Below the pieces are notes generated by a model that saw nothing but the letters and a program-made list of their open reading frames with translations, was not told the DNA's origin and did no database searches. This document shows, piece after piece, positions 56,085 to 64,000 of a stretch of DNA of 64,000 bases. Within the stretch, counting starts at the first letter, position 1, and the number at the start of each line of letters is the position of its first letter. Position numbers and translations under genes: made by a program. The DNA lies in NCBI RefSeq assembly GCF_001194135.2, contig NC_068995.1, positions 54,770,812 through 54,834,811 on the forward strand, given 5' to 3'. Source of the stretch: Octopus bimaculoides (taxonomy: Eukaryota).

Positions 56085-57331
56085 ATCATATACTCACATA
56101 TATAATATTGAGGCCAACCAAAGAGAAACACAGTAGATATTTTTTTTACAGAATCTCATCTATTGTTATGAATAGATGTACAATCTATACATTCAATTCA
56201 AGTTGTTCAAGAATGTCAATACCAATAGAAAACAGCAATGTTATTGTCATTTTCAAAACATTTCTGCAATCGAATGTAACAGCTTGTATAATTATAGTAT
56301 ACTATATGCCCTTTGTTACTTCTAAGTTTAATCAAACTTGCTTTCACTAGAAATTTCGTTTGCTAATAAATCTCTACCTACATACTACTTGACCATATGT
56401 TTACAGCATTGTAAAGATTATTAGATACAAAGATTATAAGATACATACATTCGGTTTGTGTCATGTTGTCATTAGAAAAAAAATTTTCTCATAGGTTATT
56501 AAAACACTAGCTTATAAACAAGCACATTTATGTGTTGCTTGCTCTCTAGAAACTTGCCAGAACTGAAACACAAAAATCAATATTTAAAGAGACATAAACA
56601 ATTTCTCTTAGGCTTCACATTGACGAAAATACTAATTAACTAATAGAATATCAGACGAAGTGCAGAGAAGGGGCAGTGAAAGTAAATAGCAAGATCCTTT
56701 TACTCTAAAAATTATTTCGTAAGTTGCTATAATGTTAGGGCAACATTTCAGTATAGCGCAATCCCCGACTCCTTATGTTACGAGTAAAAACACAGACGGT
56801 AATTCAAGAGGATCGTTTGGATAGACAAAAACATAAAGAACAGAACGGTTATTTGCTTTTTTGTGAAAGAATTTAGCTGTTTTTCTCATATCAATGAGTT
56901 CCAAGCATCGCATATACATACATACTTATAGACATTTAAAAATGCTCAGAGAAAAGGAAAACAATTGCCACATAAAGTATGAATTGGCCTTATGACAAAA
57001 TGTGAAAACAATATAAAGTTTGTATGGAAAAGATATTCAAAGGGAGAAATTCACTTAGCACAGAAAGCACGTTTTATACGAGATCAAATACACAGCAACA
57101 AAATAAATGAATTTTTACTAATGGACAGAGAAAGTCATGATTACCTCAGAAATCACAGATACGTAGTCATGCCTCCATGCATGTATGTTGATAAATATGA
57201 AAACTTAAAATATGAGGCACAAATATAATAATACTGAAAACACAACAACAAATCAATGTACCCGTGTCGTAAGTTACCGCTAAATCTAAATAACATCCAT
57301 ATTTACATACACACACGTAATACTTACATAA

Positions 57332-57380
<49 letters not shown>

Positions 57381-58254
57381 CATAAAANNNNNNNNNNNNN
57401 NNNNNNNNNNNNNNNNNNNNNNNNNNNNNNNNNNNNNNNNNNNNNNNNNNNNNNNNNNNNNNNNNNNNNNNNNNNNNNNNNNNNNNNNNNNNNNNNNNNN
57501 NNNNNNNNNNNNNNNNNNNNNNNNNNNNNNNNNNNNNNNNNTATATATATATATATATATATATATTATTCACTCTTCACATAAATGGGTCAATAAAATT
57601 ATATTTTATAATTGGAAATATCAATTTCTGGATTATATATTTTCTTTCAAAGTAAAAAAAAAAAATGTGCTGCTTCATTTATGGCAAGTCAAGCTACGTT
57701 GGTAATGGCGATTAGACGTTTAAACATGTTTTTACGAAATATTATTTATTACTTTATTGCTATTTATCAATGTATCTTTGTCTTTGTCTAACAAATAATT
57801 CTATTGATGCTTCGCTGAATAGAGCTGCAACAATTTATGCTGTTTCTGTGTCATTAGACAAACATATGTATATACTTTATAACTACATGCACTTATATGT
57901 GGGTAATGATAAATATATTAAATGGAATTGCACACATTATCCTCATGACATCCATCACGATGATGAAAGGCATCAAAATTACTGTTTATGGATTTCAAAG
58001 TACAAAACTTTAAACGAAAATCCGATTTAAGTAAATATGTGTCTAAATCAGACATAATATCCATTGAATTTCATAATAAAAAGAATGTACACTTGTTATC
58101 AAATGCAGACATATCTTCGGATATTTTTCTAACTGTTACTTGTGAATTTCTATATAAACTGAAGCATTGATTCTATATAAACTGATCACGTGCTGAAAAA
58201 TGCATTGTTTAAATATTAGTAGACAGTAAAGGGCGGCAAGCTGACAGAATATTT

Positions 58255-58618
58255 ATGCTTACATTTGACAGAGGTTTGATGGCAATATTCCGCGAGTTTT
58301 CCTTGAGTTGATGTTTATAAATGTATTCCATAACAGAGAGATTTTCTGTTCATTTCAGGACTGTCTTTTTTGCGGATGACATTGTAAATTGTTTTAGCAA
58401 AAACACCATGCCGCATAGGGAGGTAGTACCGTGACGACACTTTAGGACAGCTGCTAATCAAGGGCGTAATGTCTTCCACAGAAACATGACATAGCCTACA
58501 TATGGCGCTGTCCCTTGGGATTAGAACAGCGTTGCTGTCTCTCTTGTTCACTAGCTACATGGTGGCGATCTCCTGTTCCTGAATTGCAAACGCATAGCCT
58601 TCAAAGTGTGATGTGATG
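58255..58618 (-). mobile_element. Dong/R4 LINE fragment (CCHC zinc-knuckle region)
   Basis: The minus strand reads ITSHFEGYAFAIQEQEIATM*LVNKRDSNAVLIPRDSAICRLCHVSVEDITPLISSCPKVSSRYYLPMRHGVFAKTIYNVIRKKD. This fits the R4/Dong EG...AIQ(D/E)Q motif, then C-x2-C-x7-(H>P)-x4-C and Y..RH motifs. Confidence 0.88.
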
Positions 58619-59227
58619 TAGTATATATGAATGTATGTACTATGTATATATGTATGTATGTATATTATATATGTAAGTATGTATACGTGTATGTATGTAT
58701 GTATGTATGTATGTATGTGTGCACGTACGTATATATGTATGTATTTATGCAGATTTGAATTTTCCCTTTATTTCTGTATTTTCAAGCATATAGTTGCATT
58801 TCTAGACAAGCTCATGTATATTTAAGTGATAAACGTCTGTGGTCTTCGAATCACATTCCGCCTCTCTGGTTTTGAGAAGCCTAATTTCTCAACATTGGTA
58901 CTTAGGCAATGTGTTATATATCCCAGTGTCCCAATAATTTCAGATCTAAAACTGAACTTGTAATCTGTATGTATTGATTTATGCATATATACATGTGGGC
59001 ATCTATGTACATATGAATGTATGCATATTCATACATATATCTAATTACATACATATAAACATACCCTTATATAAATATATGCATGCATGTATAGACACAT
59101 ATGTATATATATACATACATACACATCAACACACACATATATATATATATATATGCCCATGGAGAACGAAAGTGATGTAGATACACGAACTTACGTTAGG
59201 AGTTTTAAATGTTAAGATTCAAATAAA

Positions 59228-59462
59228 TGGTGCTGTGTCAGTTGGTTAGTGCGCCGAGCAAATTGTTTAGAGGCATTTTGTCCGGACCACGTTCTGAGCG
59301 GTATTTCTGCCAATGTCGAATTTGACATTCATCCTTCCGGGGTCGATCCAATAAGGAACATTTGAGCCCCAATATCGTTAAATTACGTGCCAGTTGTGCG
59401 CTGGGATCGATCGATTCACCCCTACCTCCGAACTTGCTAGCCTTGTACCAAATTGTGAAATC
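59228..59462 (+). mobile_element. SINE family C (tRNA head + CORE-like domain), near full length
   Basis: tRNA-like head (GTCAGTTGGTTAGTGCGCCG), core CATTCATCCTTCCGGGGTCGAT..CCAGTTGTGCGCTGGGATCGAT, and tail CTTGCTAGCCTTGTACCAAATTGTGAAATC matching 30270-30310. Confidence 0.8.
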
Positions 59463-60053
59463 ATTGTATTATATTTGTTAGTAAATGTTTACTACACCGA
59501 AACATTCATAAGCAGACATATTCATCCATATGCCTTCGTGAAATACTCCAGGGTTACATCAAAGTATAAAATATAACTACAGTCGAGAAATTTTGCAGAG
59601 TTAATTATGCTACCATCACAGAGAGGATGACTCAAAAAGTAGAATATTGTCAACAGAAACACGCTCTCTCTCCACATTTACAGAAGCAAGCCAAATTGAA
59701 TATAGTATGTCAGAAACAAAAGTTATTTGTTAAAAAAAAACAGATTTGTCGCAATGATCATACATATCAATCATATGAAAGTTGACACATATAATATCAG
59801 CCGGCGACTGACAACTTTTCTTTGACAAGATGTTTTAGATGTTTAACGGATAAATTAGGATATATGTTATCTTGCTACAGATGTAGTTATTCAAAAACAG
59901 ACTCTTTTTCAGTGTAACGTCTTCGGCAGCTACACTACGTTTTATGTTCCCCCACCAAAATAAAAGATAGATATTCATTCACATTTGTGTGTATACTCGC
60001 GCACACAAACACGCACACGCACAAACATGCACATACACATAGACACCCACGCA

Positions 60054-60165
<112 letters not shown>

Positions 60166-60705
60166 TGGAGAGAGATACATATATGTACATACATGCAAAC
60201 GCAGACACATGCTCACACGTATATACGGATAGAGAGAGACACACACATACATATATCTTCTTCATATTCTATGCTTCTTCTCGGGCGTCACAAACATATT
60301 TGAAGCTTCGTCATTTACTTGCAAAATATGCAAAATGTGAGATTCTGGTTTACTATGACTTTCCGTCGATGTGAGATTCCTGCATTCGCAAGCGAAATCT
60401 GCCGGGACAGATGCAATTTGACCCATAGGGAAGGAGTACAGCTGAAGTAAGATCACAGTTTGTCCATAATGAGAGTAATTCTGTTTAACGAGTTTGAGTG
60501 TCTTGTCTCGTACAAGTTGTATGATAGCAACGGGAAAATCTCTCTGTTGTTTGACACATAATGTGGTAACATAAAAGCTACTAGCAATCAGGGTGAAAGC
60601 ATGATTTGTGGTAATAGTGACTATGTAAAAATAGTTATAATTTCACAAAAATCTCAACTACATAATGAGGTCTATTGACAGAGTTTAATATATTTTCTAG
60701 AAAGT

Positions 60706-60968
60706 AGGGAGGGAGTGGCTGGGTGGTAAGTAGCTTNNNNNNNNNNTGTGTGTGTGTGTGTGTGTGTTTCGTGTCTTTTTTTGTCCTCCCATAATCGCTT
60801 GACACCCGATGCTGGTCCGTTTACGTCCCCTGCAAGTTAGCGGATCGGCAAAAGAGAGCAATAGAATAAGTAATAGGCTTATAAGGAATAAGTCCGTGGG
60901 TGGATTTGTTCGACTAAATGCGGTGCTCCGCCATGACTGCAGTCAAATGATTGAAACAAATAAAAGAA
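60706..60968 (+). mobile_element. tRNA-derived SINE (family B), collapsed across a gap
   Basis: Head GGAGTGGCTGGGTGGTAAGTAGCTT (as in 16050-16210 and 37860-37962), N gap, (TG)n, then body ATCGCTTGACACCCGATGCTGG..AATAAGTCC..GCGGTGCTCC..GCAGTCAAATGATTGAAACAAATAAAAGAATA. Confidence 0.8.
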
Positions 60969-61081
60969 TATAGGAAAAGGAATATATTTATACAAATAGG
61001 TTGTCACACACAAATAGTCACACGCATATATATACACACACACAAACACGCATAGATACAGACGAACACACAAACATATAT

Positions 61082-61260
61082 CGCCATGATAGATCGCTAG
61101 CCACTACGCATTCTTTATTTTCTCTCCTTGTTTCTTTCTGTATTCCTTACTGTGGAAGACCGTAGGCTCGAAACATTAAAGACTTTTTCACTTCCCGAGC
61201 GTTAAACTAATACATCTGTTTGTTGTCTATACCACCTGTCTTCGTCTTTTGTTTTTTTAT
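61082..61260 (+). mobile_element. Probable Penelope-like element 3' end (second family) with a decayed hammerhead-like motif
   Basis: CTGTGGA-A-GACC-GTAG-GCTC-GAAAC-ATT (61150-61177) has the same spacing as the motif at 39578-39624 but several core changes. It is followed by a tail I recall as a frequent octopus repeat (recall, not verified). Confidence 0.4.
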
Positions 61261-61289
61261 TGTGAATTCTCCCTATATATACACACACA

Positions 61290-61386
<97 letters not shown>

Positions 61387-62041
61387 CCACACATGGATAG
61401 CCATATATATTCATATATAATCTAGACGAATAGAGCGTTGTCACTAAATTAATTCCTTGTTGAGCTGCGACAATGATATTAGGAGAGAACTAACGTCAAA
61501 ATGTAGATCTTCCATATGTAACGTAAGTTAGGAGCCAACTAAATGGTAAGATTGCTAATGAAAATGGATGATGCTTTTTATTGACTAAATTTGTGATGCG
61601 CATAACTTTCGTGATTTATGTGTTATTAGAATTCTTTGAGATATGATACATTTTCCACAGTTATTTGTTCATTGTTGCGTTTAGTTCGAACGAAGGAAAA
61701 AAAAAACACCCAGCTAATGGCGTTTATGATGGCAACAAAAATAGCAATTGAAATATCATGAAGGCTTATCATCTTAAATACTTGTCATTGTTAACACGTC
61801 GGGCAAAAAATATTTCAATAAGCCTCCCCTGAGTATAGAAATTATATGTGTGTACATACATAGATACATATTCACATACATATATACATACGTAAACACA
61901 CACATATATGGATGCAACTTCACCAAACACACACACACACATCTCTGTATGTGTATTATGGGAGTAGATATGTTTGTATAACTGTATATGTGTATGTTCA
62001 TGTATATGTGATTATATATATATATGTATATATACATATAC

Positions 62042-62042
<1 letters not shown>

Positions 62043-62116
<74 letters not shown>
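62043..62116. repeat. Palindromic compound microsatellite (CA)13(TA)14(TG)10
   Basis: Counted directly; 62049-62116 is a perfect 68-nt inverted repeat. Confidence 0.92.
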
Positions 62117-62117
<1 letters not shown>

Positions 62118-62132
62118 ATATATACATATATG

Positions 62133-62165
<33 letters not shown>

Positions 62166-62185
62166 NNNNNNNNNNNNNNNNNNNN

Positions 62186-62224
<39 letters not shown>

Positions 62225-63333
62225 AAATATAAATATATATGCACGCACACACAGAGCGAGAAGAAAGCACTGACACACACACACACACATATATGTTTCT
62301 GTGTATATCTTATGCATATATGTTTGTATACGCGTGTTACAACGTCATATGTATAGTTTTTGTAAATAATGTCTGCTTTTTATCAATAATACTTTCCGCT
62401 TACTAACAAATTACACAACAGTGACAGAATCTCTGGCGTTCTTTCAAAACCTTCCTATGTGGTGACCTGTCTACAACACGTAGACTGAATCAAAATTTGG
62501 TCAGTATTGTGGCCAATGATCTGCTATAATATATCCCATCAGATAATTCACAAAGTTGGGAAGCTGAATTTGCCACTACGTCTTTGTGATTTTATTTGAT
62601 AATACATTCTACTACAGAAGTCCGTGCGGGTCAATGCATTGTGGTTCAATTTCGTAGAGAGAAAGTATGTACAAAGGCGCCATATATTGTTCGCGTTGAA
62701 GCATTTTACTCCGCCATATGTTCACAACCGAAGTAAGATACTTGTTAACTCTCGGTTGGTTAACAATTCTTCAAACGTATTAATAACTTTACTAACTGAA
62801 AATATTTACTGGGACTGATTTGATGAAAGAAACCCTTCGGTGCAGTGCTCCAATACGATTGCAGGGAGATTACTGAATGATGTAAATAAAATATACAATA
62901 GAAAGCTCATCGCTGATTATTATACGCTCGACTAGATGAAAAACAATGAAATGTTGGTTAAATAATGTACGTCAATTCAAATAAAAATTAATTTTCAATG
63001 ATTCTAAAAATGACTAAAATACATTTTCTTAAAGGAACTCATAACTAGACAAATGGAATTATTATATTGTGGCCGCCAATAAATGATAGGCCAAAGAAAT
63101 ATTTCACAAACGATAATTTTTATGTACTACGCTGACATTTCCGACACTGTCGTTCCTGAACGTCTTATAAGACGCACTAATGAGATTACAGGTTCCTTGC
63201 AGGGACGAGTAAGTTGCACACAACATTAGCAATAAACGTGTATATTCATCAATATTGCAAAGTTACCTGTATTACATTTCTTTATAAAAGCTATATATTG
63301 TCCGACATTTGTGCCAAGTCACACCTTGATCCT

Positions 63334-63350
63334 GCAGTAGTAGTAGTAGT

Positions 63351-63429
<79 letters not shown>

Positions 63430-63445
63430 GTAGTGGTGATGGTGG
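63334..63445. repeat. (TAG)/(CAG) trinucleotide array
   Basis: Seen directly; it explains the poly-Val/Ala ORF 63214-63579. Confidence 0.95.
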
Positions 63446-63599
63446 TCGACTGGTGTATTAATAGTAGAGAGGTAATTGGGAGTTGTGTAAGCAGTTTTAA
63501 TAATCCATCTACAAGACGTAATAGAGCAGTAGTAGTAGCAGTAACGGAAGCATCATCATCACCATCAACTTTATTATAATCAGTTCTATATTACATTAT

Positions 63600-63830
63600 C
63601 TCAATTTGAATCCGAGTTCTATTTCAGGTAGTGACCTCAATAATAATAATAATGATAATAATAACAACAACAACAACAACATCGAAAAATACCTTAGGAA
63701 TGAGAACCCAGGTTCCAAATTTCCCCAAGGCACCTGATGAAGGCTTGAGGGTATAGCAGCCGAAACGTGTTAACAACAAACAAGATGAGGACAAATATCG
63801 GTCAAATGTAAATAATGTAAATAATTATTA
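63600..63830 (+). mobile_element. Composite retroelement copy 3: truncated tRNA-like head + (AAT/AAC)n + Penelope-type tail
   Basis: AATCCGAGTTCTATTTCAGGTAGTGACCTCAA, (AAT)n(AAC)n, then CATCGAAAAATACCTTAGGAATGAGAACCCAGG..GGCACCTGATGAAGGCTTGAGGGTATAGCAGCCGAAACGTGTTAACAACAAACAAGATGAGGACAAATATCGGTCAAATGTAAATAATG. Collinear with copies 1 and 2. Confidence 0.8.
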
Positions 63831-63844
63831 TCATTATTATGAGT

Positions 63845-63882
63845 CGCAACAGCAGCGGTAGCAACAGTAGCAGCAGCAACAA

Positions 63883-63958
<76 letters not shown>
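63845..63958. repeat. (CAG)/(TAG)n microsatellite
   Basis: Seen directly. Confidence 0.96.
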
Positions 63959-63959
<1 letters not shown>

Positions 63960-64000
63960 AAAGGAAAACGAATAAATTATAACTGGAAAACTATCAAGAA

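Overview
AT-rich, microsatellite-saturated, gapped eukaryotic genomic DNA from a draft assembly; the N-runs are almost all flanked by (AT)n. The repeat families (tRNA-derived SINEs, Dong/R4 LINE fragments, mariners, Penelope-type ends) match ones I recall from octopus genomes, so this is probably a coleoid cephalopod large intron or intergenic region (inference from recall, not a database result). No host protein-coding gene can be identified, and almost every listed ORF is a translated microsatellite or gap. Supportable content: three decayed mariner transposons of different families, one short Helitron, three Dong/R4 LINE fragments, about ten SINE copies in three families, and many simple repeats. 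The most interesting signal is a three-copy composite element at 39.5-40.1 kb (an inverted pair) and 63.6-63.8 kb: tRNA-like head + (AAT)n + Penelope-type tail carrying a minimal hammerhead-ribozyme motif (CUGAUGA-A-stem II-GAAAC-GUU). A few weak candidate exons are flagged at low confidence.
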